Shown here: positions 13,379 to 25,829 of the stretch, in pieces
How positions within the stretch are numbered: the first letter of the stretch is position 1
Layout: each line of letters starts with the position of its first letter
From: Octopus sinensis
Lineage: Eukaryota
Direction of reading: 5' to 3'
Length of the DNA stretch: 64,000 nucleotides
NCBI RefSeq assembly: GCF_006345805.1
Contig: NW_021835460.1
Coordinates: 33,024 to 97,023 of the forward strand
Position numbers and translations under genes: made by a program
The notes under the pieces: generated by a model
Database searches by the model: none
Told to the model about the DNA's origin: nothing
Seen by the model: the letters and a program-made list of their open reading frames with translations, nothing else

Positions 13379-14203
13379 TAGTAGTATTGTCATCGATATG
13401 ATTTTGATTTTTTTTGGCTCATGCAATTATATAATGATTTTTCCCCGTGTTTCTACGATTTCTCAGTCAGAAACCTATTTTCCATTCCTGATACACAATA
13501 GTGGGCTTACTAACAGTTGTTCCCCGAGTTTAGATATTCCTATATCATTCCAAACGCGCATTCTTTTTCAGGAATCTTTGTTCCTTTGGTTATTTTATGA
13601 GATAACATTTCATTGCTATCCTACGGATTTCCTTTTTCTAATTACTTTTATGCTCAGCAGTATCAGGCAGGATGACGACCCCTCTGCCGATTATTCGAAT
13701 AATCAACAACATGAAACCTACAGTTACGGATCAAGAAATTTCAGCTTCTAATAAAACAAATCCACTCTACTTTGCCTTTCATCCTTTCGGAGTCAATAAA
13801 ATAAGTACTAGTGGCTCATGTGTATCGATTTAATCGGCTATCCCTCCCCCGAAATTGCTGGCCTTGTGTAAAAATCTGAAACCTAAATGACAATCTGGAG
13901 AAGTTATGATTTTCAAGCAAAGAAAGAGACCGGCCAACACGAACTTTACAGATACAGTTAGAAAGAGGAACCGTAAAAATATTAAAGATTTTCTTAGAGT
14001 TCAATATGTAACGATTATCGTTGTTACTATTCAAAAGCAACCGATGGAGCTTCCGTTTCTATATTATAAACCAATTTCCTTCTAGAAAGATTTCAGCTAA
14101 ATTAAAAAAAAACGTGCAAGGAATCCTACATACATTCACTGCATTTTACGTACCGCATCTTGCTCCATAGAAAACCCGGCAAGTTTTCTATGGAAAACTT
14201 TCA

Positions 14204-14592
14204 GGGCGGCGAGCTGGCAGAAACGTTAGCACGCCGGGTGAAATGCTTAGCGGTATTTCGTCTGCCGCTACGTTCTGAGTTCAAATTCCACCGAGATCCA
14301 CTTTGCCTTTCATCCTTTCGGGGTCGATTAAATAAGTACCAGTTACGCACTGGGGTCGATATAATCGACTTAATCCATTTGTCTGTCCTTGTTTGTCCCC
14401 TCTATGTTTATCCCCTTGTGGATAGTAAAGAAATAGGTATTTCGTCTGCCGTTACATTCTGAGTTCAAATTCCGCCGAGGTCGACTAAATAAGTACCAGT
14501 TACGCACTGGGGTCGATATAATCGACTTAATCTGTTTGTCTGTCCTTGTTTGTCCCCTCTGTGTTTAGACCCTTGTGGGCAGTAAAGAAATA
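14204..14592 (+). mobile_element. tRNA-derived SINE family C, dimeric
   Basis: Head ggcggcgagctggcagaaacgttag, B-box gagttcaaattcc, central gcctttcatcctttcggggtcgat block. Second unit starts at 14437. Confidence 0.88.
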
Positions 14593-14939
14593 AGAAAACC
14601 CGACGTGATTTGCTTCAGTAAGGATTTGAACCTAAAGGCCATAGACGCAGAATTAGCGCATACAATTAATTTCACCATTCTACTGTTTTCACTTTAATAT
14701 ATTCTGCAAACAACATAGCCCCACCACGACCACCACCACCGCACACACAAAAAAAAAACATATAAAAGTATCTACAAGGAAAAATAAATAAATGAATAAA
14801 TAAATAAATAAATAAAAGCAAGGTAAAAAAAAACAAACTAAAAAGACAGTGGAAAGGTTCGGAGTTGAAACGTCTTAGACGGATTAACGATAATCCAGAA
14901 TTAACACAGTTTTAGTACTGGTCTCTAACAGATATTCTG

Positions 14940-14976
<37 letters not shown>

Positions 14977-16093
14977 ATTGCATTTTTTGTTTTGTTATCA
15001 TTTGTTTTATCGCTTTCAGACATTGATTAATATTTTGCCATTCAAAGGTCGGATAAACAGCAATAGATGTCCCAATAATCTCCAAGAGCTCAGCCGTCTT
15101 CATCGACATTTGGTTGGGAGGGGTGGGGTGGGGGATATTTCGGCGCGTAATCTGACACAGGGTTCTCTGTGAAAAAATAGTTCGGTGTTTCGTTTCGGGG
15201 CATTTTTTCTTTTTCTTTTTCTTTTTTGTTTTCGTTTGATTATTATTGTTTGTTTTGAAAATGTTGTTGTTGTTGTTGTTTAAGTGTTTCTGATAAACTG
15301 AAGTTGATTAAATTCGATTTCTGTGGAAACTAGGGCTCCTGTGTTTGATTTCAGACAAAGAAAGTAGGCGTAGATACTCAATTTTCCTGCATGTGTCTAA
15401 TCTCTTTTACTCTTTTACTTTTTTTTTACTTGTTTCAGTCATTCGACTGCGGCCATGCTGGATCACCGCCTTTAGTCGAGCAAATCGACCCCAGGACATA
15501 TTCTTTGTAAACATAGTACTTATTCTATCGGTCTCTCTTGCCGAACCGCTAAAAGTGCGTTATAACCCTGTATAAGACGATTTTTGTCCTTGGGTAGCAG
15601 ATGTTATTTCCTATTTGCTTTCCCCTAAAAAGTATGAAAAATGGCTGATATTTCCTTCAAACTTTGCATCTGTTACATTTATTCACGCCCCAAAGAATCC
15701 CTCTCAACACATGGTTATGATGCTCCCCCACTACTCCTGCTCATCATCAGAGATGCACATATTGTCAGCCACTGAGGACATGCTCAAGTGGTTAAGGTCA
15801 AGCAACTGACAAGCAAGTCTGTGATATAACGATATTTCTGCTTCAGCAACTTAGCGCTGAATCTGTCTGAAATGTAATGGAAAAATAGGTCAGTTTTAAA
15901 AGATTGATGTCTAAGTCAGAAAAGCAAAGTTTAGCGGGAATAGTGGTCATTTCGTTTGATTTCTGAATAGAAGGAAATAGGAAATAATACTTACTGACCA
16001 AAGACAAAATAAAAAAGAAGGAAAAAAAACATTTTGTTACACACTGTAATATATCTACGAAAGTGTAATGTTTTCGCTTTCATTCTGTTTCAG

Positions 16094-16236
16094 TATATCA
16101 AGATGTGGGCATCAGGTGGTGTGAAAACTCAACCCATACACAGGCCGGATTCCTTCCTTGAACGGTTTGCTATGGGTGGGAAAAACATTCATATCGACCC
16201 ATCTGAAACGAAACATCGCAAAATATCTGACATCAA
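16094..16236 (+). CDS. CNGA: CNG channel alpha subunit, internal coding exon (N-terminal cytoplasmic region)
   Basis: Acceptor ttcattctgtttcag at 16093 and donor gtaagt at 16237. Translates YIKMWASGGVKTQPIHRPDSFLERFAMGG..., containing the RPDSFLERF motif of CNGA N-termini. Ends in phase 2 (AA), matching the single leading G of the exon at 39994. Confidence 0.85.
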
Positions 16237-16367
16237 GTAAGTCACCTATAATTTTCTTTTTTACATTGATTTATATTGCAAACTCTTTCTTTCTTTCTTT
16301 ATTTATTTCTCTCTCTCTCTCTCTCGATCTATCTATATCTATATCTATAACTATATCTATCTATCTG

Positions 16368-16424
<57 letters not shown>

Positions 16425-16855
16425 ATATAGATATATATATATATATATATATTATAGATATATATATATATATATACACACAAATATTGTATAATTATAA
16501 ACATTATAATTAGGGTTCAGCTAATTGCTTCCCACATACCGAATTTAGAAATAAGAGTTAAAATTCCTTTTCTACTACTATAAGAATCTCCATGATGGTA
16601 ACATACTTTTTACGAAGGCAAAAAGAATAACAATGAATCAACACGATCAGGATTAACTATATACGCGCTTCGAGATTAAAGTGATTTAAAATTTACTTCT
16701 CTCTTCAGTATAGTAATTATGATTATGTTTATAATTATAAAATATTTGTATAATTTTTACCTATAAAGGTTATTTTAACGTGCCAATCTACTTGGTGAAA
16801 TTATTAATTAATTGATCGATTAATTAATTTAATTGATAAATTTTACCCTTTTATA

Positions 16856-16907
<52 letters not shown>

Positions 16908-16911
16908 ATAT

Positions 16912-17139
16912 ATATATAAAGGAAATGAAGAAAATGCTGACAAAATAATTTAAGAAAGGGAGAGTGTATTTAATTAGGTGAAAGTTCTTTTTACCGGTTG
17001 CGCATTTGTTATGCTTATCAAAATATCTTTTGATAAGCATAACAAATGCGCAACGGTAAAAAGAACTTTCACCTAATTAAATACACTCTCCTTTCTTAAA
17101 TTTTTTGTCAGCATTTTCTTCATTCTTTTTTATATATAT
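16912..17139. repeat. Fold-back palindrome, ~112-bp arms, 4-nt loop
   Basis: Centre gcttatcaaaa-tatc-ttttgataagc (loop 17024-17027). Confidence 0.95.
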
Positions 17140-17802
17140 CACATTTCCACACTGTTTCCACATCTCCTTTTTAAATATATATATATATATATGCATTATT
17201 CTGCATATCTTACCGTAGAGCTACTGTAAGAAAGCCACAATACTGCGGTATTTTCTTGAGAATGCTACGGCATCAGTAATTTCAAATTACAATTAGCTTT
17301 CTCTTCCAAATAATTTATATTTCATATTCGTTTAGAAAATAATTCGATAGCATCAATTTTTATAATTTGTTCATCAATATGAAAATCTCTAATTTTTTTT
17401 TTATTCATTTAGTCGTGCTAGCTATCTGCTGTACTTATCACCAACACTTATCTTATTACTTATAACGATAGCGTCACAGATTCCTGATAATTTTTTGAGC
17501 CACCCGAATTATCTACGAAGAATTCTGTTAGGTATTTTTTTCGTTTTGGACTATTATAAACAAGTACATGTTCCATAAAACGAACCAAATTATATTCTTA
17601 TACACAGTATTCGAACATACAATGTTGAATTTTTCGTCTAGGGTAGTGGTTCCCAACCTGGAAAAACTCATTTAAACAAGAGGTTAGGAAACCATTGGTC
17701 TAGGGAGGCAAAATAAGAACGAAAAGAATATAAAACAATACTTGGTGGAAGATTGCAGCAGCATGAAACTTGTATTGCAAGAGAAGGAAGTGCGATTTCA
17801 AT

Positions 17803-17955
17803 GGCGTGGCTGTGTGGTAAGTAGCTTGCTTACCAGCCACATGGTTCCTGGTTTAGTCCCATTGCGTGGCACCTTGGGAAAGTGTCTTCTACCATAGCCT
17901 CGGGCCGACCAAAGCCTTGTGAGTGGATTTGGTAGACGAAAACTGAAAGAAGCCA

Positions 17956-17998
<43 letters not shown>

Positions 17999-18005
17999 TA
18001 TATAT

Positions 18006-18048
<43 letters not shown>

Positions 18049-18490
18049 TAGAAACAACAAAAAACAAATGACGAAAACGGGTGGTGTAGACAACAAACAG
18101 ATCTATTAGTATAACGCTTGAGAAAGGAAAAAGTCTTTAACATTTCGAGCCTACGCTCTTCCACAGAAAGGAACATAGACGGAAACAAGGAGAGAAAATA
18201 AAGGATGTGTATTGGCTAGCGATGCCGGACAGAAGAGTCACACACGAGAGCTAGGGAGCCGGGGAGATAATAAAGTAGTGGTGTGTCTGTCTTTGCCCCT
18301 CCCCGCCATCGTTTGACAACCGAATCTGGTGTGTTTACGTGCCCGTAACTTAGCGGTTCGGCGAAAGAGACCGATAGAATAAGTACTAGGCTTACAAAGA
18401 ATAATTTCCGAGGTCGATTTGTCGAGTAACGGCGGTGCTCCAGCATGGCCGCAGTCAAATGACTGAAGCAAATTTAAAGAAAAACAAAAG
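17803..18490 (+). mobile_element. tRNA-derived SINE family A (CORE-like), interrupted copy
   Basis: A-box TGGCTGTGTGG, B-box-like GGTTTAGTCCC, GCACCTTGGG.AAGTGTC block, internal (TA)n, and tail ...cagtcaaatgactgaa. Confidence 0.85.
18047..18290 (-). mobile_element. Homolog of the 52600-52815 hammerhead-like repeat, inserted in a SINE microsatellite
   Basis: Reverse complement cttt-CTGTGGA-A-GAGC-gtag-GCTC-GAAA-T-GTT-aaag (18170-18135). Flanking sequence is alignable to 52600-52810. Confidence 0.6.
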
Positions 18491-18789
18491 AATAAAATAA
18501 ATAACTTACTCTTTAGTTGACGAACTGCATCATTTGGATGTGAATACGCTGAGAGAAAACCGAGGCAAATACAGCATACCTCCAGCTTCCTGCACCTTGC
18601 AATATTTTTAAATATCATGAAATTGTAGACGTTGTTAAGTAAACGTAAACAAATCTACTTAAAGACTTAAAAGTCTCCAAGTGCATTTTTTAAAACCTGG
18701 TTTCTATATACTTCACCTCGTATGTAAAACATAATCTTTTGTAAGCATATACATGTGTGTATGAACATATATGTATGTATAAACATTTG

Positions 18790-18880
<91 letters not shown>

Positions 18881-19234
18881 CATATGTCTATGTGTATATA
18901 TGTGTGACTGGATTTGCTTATATATATATATATATATATTTGCAGCCATGACGCGTCCTTGTTTTCTTTGTATCGTCTGTCCGGATGTTTTGCGTTCTCG
19001 TCCCATTTTGTATTATATATATTATATTATATATATATATATATATACAAATTAGAAAAAAACACCTTTTATCAATTCAAAATGAACAATTAAATTACAC
19101 CATCTAGAAAATTACATATAATAGAAATATTAAAATTGAAATAACAATAATATCCGATGATTAAGTAAATTGCAAAATAATAATAAAAACGTATATATTT
19201 GGTAGAATATATACTATATATATGTGTGTGTGTG

Positions 19235-19283
<49 letters not shown>

Positions 19284-19505
19284 GTATATGTGTATATATG
19301 CATGTTTATAAATTTTTATATGTATGCATATTTCTATGTGTATATATGTGTGAATTTGTTTGTATGTATGTAAGTATTATATATATGCATACATAAATAC
19401 ATATTTACACACACAAATTTATATATATGAATACATGTATACAGACACATGCACACACACACACGCCATATATATTATATTATATATATATATATATATA
19501 TATAG

Positions 19506-19540
<35 letters not shown>

Positions 19541-19553
19541 TATATATATATAC

Positions 19554-19630
<77 letters not shown>

Positions 19631-20274
19631 CCATTATTGTCGATTTATTACGAATTTACATTGTCGTGAAATAGCAATCATCTTGAATTCAAACAGCCAA
19701 AACAAATTTACTGAGTTTATATTTCGATGTAGTGAATCAAAAGAGAGCATAATGAAATTCGTCCTTCCTATCGAGAAACATTTGGCTACTCTTTCTAGCA
19801 GATCAAACGGACAATGTAGGAGTTAACTGACAAACACGTTGTCATGTAACATAGTACTGTTATTTATTGGTGGTGTTGTTTGTTTTTATTGATGTCATTT
19901 ACTGCCAACTGAATACGTATCGAACTGGCAACTGGCATGTTATCAAAAGTAATCCAGCTGTGACTACGAAATACCTCTGCTTCGTCTTTTTTTCTTCCAC
20001 AAATTTCACTGACAATTTATGTCTTTAAGCTTTGCCAAACTGCAGCCAAAATATTGCAGCAAAGTTATTTCGAGATAAAAGGAAATTATTTTCAACATTT
20101 GATTTCAATACAATGCATTGATGCTTTTAGTTTATGAAAAAAAAAAAAAAAAAAGAAGAAAAAAAAAAACAGAAAAAAAAATATGGCAGTATTTACATTA
20201 AAGACTTCTTGTGATCTAGAGTTTGGTAGTTGTTATCGTAAATAACACGAAGTATATACATACACACATACGCA

Positions 20275-20309
<35 letters not shown>

Positions 20310-20615
20310 CACACACACACACACACACAACAAAACATACATACATATGTAAGTACAAACATCCATCCATCTATCCATCCTTCCATACATAAATCCTTCC
20401 GTACATACATACATACATACATACATATGTGTGTGTGTACGTGTGCATATAATATATATATAATATATATATATATGTGTTATATATATATGTATATATA
20501 TATGTATATATGTATATATATATATGTATATATGTATATATATATATATGTATATATATATATGATATATGTATATATAATATATATGTATATATGTATA
20601 TATATATATATAGTA

Positions 20616-20649
<34 letters not shown>

Positions 20650-21663
20650 CGTATGTATTTATATAGAGTACAGACACATTTCAATAATATTTACACACAC
20701 ACACACATAAATTCCATATACATATATACATATATATATATATACACATATGCAGTTATTTACACACGTTCTTATATAGATTGTAATAAGCATGTATGTA
20801 TGAATACATGCTTATTTGTGTGTGTGTGTATTTTGTGTACGTGTACTTGTGTGTGTTTGTGTAGTTTGTCTCTGTTTCCCTCGGTATACTTTTTTTCTTT
20901 TTACTAAGTAACTCTCTTCTGTAGTGTGTATGTATTATATATTATGCATGTATGCATTTATGTATACATTTATGCATGCATGTATGTATGTATGTATTTA
21001 TGTATGTATGTAAGTATATAAATCATACAGGATCTTGCTTCTTTAAAGCTGCGATCAGTTGAACAAGTTATTTTCATTTACAGTTGGAATTTGAGAAATA
21101 TTATTCATGTCTAACGGAGAACAAGTTTTAAGATCTGGTCAGATACAAACAGGTTGTAAATCGTTTGATAGACAGCCCTACAAAACTAACAAAAGACGCA
21201 CAAGGGAGATAAACGCAATGCGATTCAACTATCTATTATGCAAACGAGCTTCACCTGTATAGCAAAGCAATTATTATTCTTCATGAACAGACAGTCCCAC
21301 AAAGGCAAGTTCTAGAAATTATTCAAGATATAAATGCCAAGTATTCAACAGCCCTATACATATCAAATCTTCCAGCAACATCCTGATTCAAATAAATATA
21401 TCAAAGAGACTACGCTAACTGACGAAAGCCATGCCCTTAAATACAGTTCAGCACGAGCGACGGTATTGCGTACTAAGCTATTACGGCCAAAAATTACTGT
21501 TAAGTCATTTTCGTACGCTCTTGTGGTATCACGTGGTGCATTTTGAACAGTGACTTTTGGACACTGTCGCTGCCTTTCCTTAACTGCTAAATACCATTCA
21601 CACCCTCAATAAATAATCTATCAGACACACAAAACAGATCACTACTTGGAGATGCATTATAGG

Positions 21664-21745
<82 letters not shown>

Positions 21746-21764
21746 GTATACATATATTTATATG

Positions 21765-21800
<36 letters not shown>

Positions 21801-21801
21801 C

Positions 21802-21870
<69 letters not shown>

Positions 21871-22395
21871 GTATATGCTCAGTGAATTCGGGTGAGGTGG
21901 TTTAAGCCGATTATATCGACCCCAGTGTTCACTTGGTACTTATTTTATTGACTTCGAAATGATGAAAGGCAAAGTCAACCTCGGTGGGATTTGAACTCAG
22001 AACGTAAAGACGGGAGAAATGTGGCTAAGTGTTCTGCCCGGTATGCGAACGATTCTGCTAGCTGGCCGCCTTAAACCATAACCGCTATTAAGAATCGCGA
22101 AATCTCAACAGAACTAGAACTCTTCTGTTCCGGCACGAAATGTATTCTGACACAAGAACTCGACTACAAACCGAAAAATCGATATTGAGCCAACGTGTGC
22201 TGAAGCCGAACGTTCAATCAACTCAAATGGATAGCTGTACCTAACAACTCTACGAGAATCCCGTCTCTATTACCAGCATGCCACTAGATTCCTTATCTAT
22301 CACCCAGACAGCGCACTCGATCCACTCCACTCGCTTCCATCGATCACAAACTTGACCTCAAATTTGCTAATCTTAAAATCTCTATTTTCAACAGT

Positions 22396-22780
22396 GGAGG
22401 CGCAATGGCCCAGTGGTTAGGGCAGCGGACTCGCGGTCGTAGGATCGCGGTTTCGATTCCCAGACCGGGCGTTGTGAGTGTTTATTGAGCGAAAACACCT
22501 AAAGCTCCACGAGGCTCCGGCAGGGGATGGTGGTGATCCCTGCTGTTCTCCTTCACCACAACTTTCTCTCACTCTTACTTCCTGTTTCTGTTGTACCTGT
22601 ATTTCAAAGGGGCCGGCCTTGTCACTCTCTGTGTCACGCTGAATATCCCCGAGAACTACGTTACGGGTACACGCGTCTGTGGAGTGCTCAGCCACTTACA
22701 CGTTAATTTCACGAGCAGGCTGTTCCGTTGATTCGGATCAACCGGAACCCTCGTCGTCGTAACCGATGGAGTGCTTCCAT
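22396..22780 (+). mobile_element. tRNA-derived SINE family B, full length
   Basis: Head GGAGGCGCAATGGCCCAGTGGTTAGG, B-box GGTTTCGATTCCC, tail ...gtaaccgatggagtgcttccat. Flanking repeat attttcaaca (22384-22393 / 22779-22788). Confidence 0.92.
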
Positions 22781-23356
22781 TTTCAACATCCAGTAATGAT
22801 AAATCTATAAGTCTCTTTACCATACTCAATCCTACATTAAGAAAAAAGGCGGCGCGCTGGCAGGAAGGTTGCGACACCAGGCAAATGCTTGGCGACATTT
22901 CGTCCATCTTTACGTTCTGAGTTTAAATTCCACTGAGGTGCACTTTATCTTTCATTCTTTCTTATACTGGGGTTGATGTAATCGACTTACCCCTATCGGA
23001 AATTTTATTGGAGAAAGGATTCCCCAATAACAAGATCTTACGCACGCGGGGCCACTACCTCATTTGCAACACCGACATATTCTAGGGTACCTGCATTGGA
23101 TTTAGCGTGCCAAATGCGACGATTGTTACATCAGCGGTACGATTCGACTATCACATACCCGATTCAAAAAATCTCAAAACAGGCGCATCGTCTTTCAGAA
23201 TAACATTTGAAATTGCAGGAACATGAACCAGGACATTGCTGTTAACCATTATTGCTTTTAGATTAATACTTGACCTAATTATTCCTCCCCATGACACTGA
23301 TATCCCACAGAGCAAAATTTACAGCGCAGGAATTCTAAAATATCACATACGTGGTT

Positions 23357-23802
23357 ACTCTTTTTCTCTTTTACTTGTTTCAGGCATTTGACTGTGGCCA
23401 TGTTGGAGCACCGCCTTTAGTCGAGCAAATCGACCCCGGGACTTATTCTTTGTAAGCCCAGTACTTATTCTATCGGTCTCTTTTGCGAACCGCTAAGTGA
23501 CGGTGACCTAAGCACATCCCCATCGGTTGTCAAGCGATGTTATCGGGGCAAATACAGACACAAACACACACACCCACACACACACACACACATAATATAT
23601 TATATATATAATAATATATATATATATATATATATATACGACAGGCTTCTTTCAGTTTCCGTCTACCAAATCCACTCACAAGGCATTGGTCGGCCCGAGG
23701 CTATAGTAGAAGACACTTTCCCAAAGTGCCACGCAGTGGGACTGAACCCGGAACCATGTGGTTGTTAAGCAAGCTACTTACCGCACAGCCACTCCTACGC
23801 CT
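23357..23802 (-). mobile_element. SINE family A, full length
   Basis: Tail ttacttgtttcag...ccgaaccgctaag, internal CA/TA tract, head ...cacagccactcctacgcct. Confidence 0.9.
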
Positions 23803-24196
23803 ATAATAATTTAAATATCACACATGAGGATTCGACACGCAAACACAATGGAAACATATGTTCGGTGCGCCAATAGAAATTATTTATTTCTCTCTCTCTC
23901 GTCCTTTCTCCTGCTCTTCAAAATCCTTTATAAAGGAAATTTTCGAACGAAATATCTGATCTAAGATAACATCTCAATATCTGTGTTATTGCTATTTTAT
24001 AAAAGTTTTACCTGCATTGTTATCGCCTTCTGATTAAATTCCTATTATATTCCATATGTCTTCAAAGTACAACTTACTTAGCATACATCCACGGCCGCGG
24101 TGAAAATTATTCTTAGGGTCAACGTTTACTTAAGACTATATAAGAAATATTGAATTTCTAAATCTCTCGTAGAGACATGTACGGTGGTGGGGCGAT

Positions 24197-24416
24197 AGAA
24201 TGGTTGTATACTGTCAATCTAACAAGAACGTGACAGTAGGGGGTACACCACCGCTGTATAGCCCTAGGAAGCATCGAAACGCCTCCTGATGGCTTTGACA
24301 CAGGGAAAAATGTGTCAAAAGCCATCAGGAGGCGTTCGATGCTTCCTAGGGCTATACAGCGGTGGTGTACCCCCTACTGTCACGTTCTTGTTAGATTGAC
24401 AGTATGCAACCATTCT
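24197..24416. repeat. Fold-back palindrome, 106-bp arms, 8-nt loop
   Basis: Arms 24197-24302 and 24311-24416 differ by one substitution and two single-base indels. Confidence 0.97.
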
Positions 24417-24971
24417 TTACTTAAGACTGTCTTCTAGCTAATTCAATTTTGGACCAAATTTAATGTTGGCAAGTTCATTGTAAAAGGACCTATGCTCCAC
24501 TACATTTTAAACAGAAAATTTGTTAAATAAAAAAAAAATTTCGATAAAATGTGCTAAAAAATCGGGGAGTAATGCATGGATGCAAATTCTAAGCGGTATG
24601 GTTTCCTTATTTCTTTATTTTTTGTGTTTTAGCTCCACTTAAACCAAAGATCTTACTTAATAAGAGAAATCGAATTAGGAAAGCCTCGTCTAAACTGATG
24701 CAGTGAAAACAAAAAACAAAAACTTATGAAGCAAAATCAGACAAATCGGATCGACGGTAACGCCTGATATCGCCTTTAAATCATTATGACTCTGTTACTT
24801 TAGGAAAACATTATAATATATTTAAGCTTTCTTGAAAGATCTGAATTAAGAAACGAACACGGTAAAACAACGTCAACATTGGCTCAGTTGATACAATCTC
24901 TAACAGGGTAAAAAGTGGTTTAAATTCGAGGTCGATCACTAGGGCATTAAGCTGCTGATATGCTTCTGTGT

Positions 24972-25742
24972 GAAGGCGGCGAGCTGGCAGAAACGTTAGC
25001 ACGACGGGCGAAATGTTTATTTGTATTTCGTCTGTCTTTACGTTCTGAGTTCAAATTCCGCCGAGGTCGACTTTGCCTTTCATCCTTTCGGGGTCGATAA
25101 ATTAAGTACCAGTTACGCACTGGGGTCGATGTAATCGACTTAATCCCTTTGTCTGTCCTTGTTTGTGCCCTCTGTGTTTAGCCCCTTGTGGGTAGTAAAG
25201 ACATATATATTTCGTCTGTCTTTACGTTCCGAGTTCTAATTCCGCCGAGGTCGACTTTGCCTTTCATCCTTTCGGGGGTCGATTAATTAAGTACCAGTTA
25301 CGCACTGGGGTCGATGTAATCGACTTAATCCCTTTGTCTGTCCTTGTTTGTGCCCTCTGTGTTTAGCCCCTTGTGGGTAGTAAAGACATATATATTTCGT
25401 CTGTCTTTACGTTCCGAGTTCTAATTCCGCCGAGGTCGACTTTGCCTTTCATCCTTTCGGGGGTCGATTAATTAAGTACCAGTTACGCACTGGGGTCGAT
25501 GTAATCGACTTAATCCCTTTGTCTGTCCTTGTTTGTGCCCTCTGTGTTTAGCCCCTTGTGGGTAGTAAAGAAATATATATTTCGTCTGTCTTTACGTTCC
25601 GAGTTCTAATTCCGCCGAGGTCGACTTTGCCTTTCATCCTTTCGGGGTCGATAAATTAAGTACCAGTTTCGTACTGGGGTCGATCTAATCCACTGGCTCC
25701 TTCCCCAAATATTTCGGGCCTTGTGCCTAGAGTAGAAAAGGA
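24972..25742 (+). mobile_element. SINE family C tandem array of four units (period 184-185 bp)
   Basis: tatttcgtctg recurs at 25024, 25208, 25393 and 25578. Confidence 0.92.
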
Positions 25743-25747
25743 TATGC

Positions 25748-25823
<76 letters not shown>

Positions 25824-25829
25824 ATAACA

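Noticed and set aside
15010-15160. Candidate upstream CNGA exon (acceptor tttcag; QELSRLHRHL resembling LSRL of CNGA3)
   Set aside because: No convincing phase-0 donor (gttggg or gtaatc), and the similarity is only four residues.
22396-22470. tRNA-like heads as tRNA genes
   Set aside because: A/B boxes are present, but there is no acceptor stem closure and each continues into a SINE body with TSDs.
22070-24130. Possible degenerate LINE coding sequence between SINE insertions
   Set aside because: Looks TE-derived, but I could not recover any diagnostic motif by eye.
24972-25742. Regular repeat array as CRISPR
   Set aside because: Eukaryotic SINE units with no unique spacers and no cas genes.
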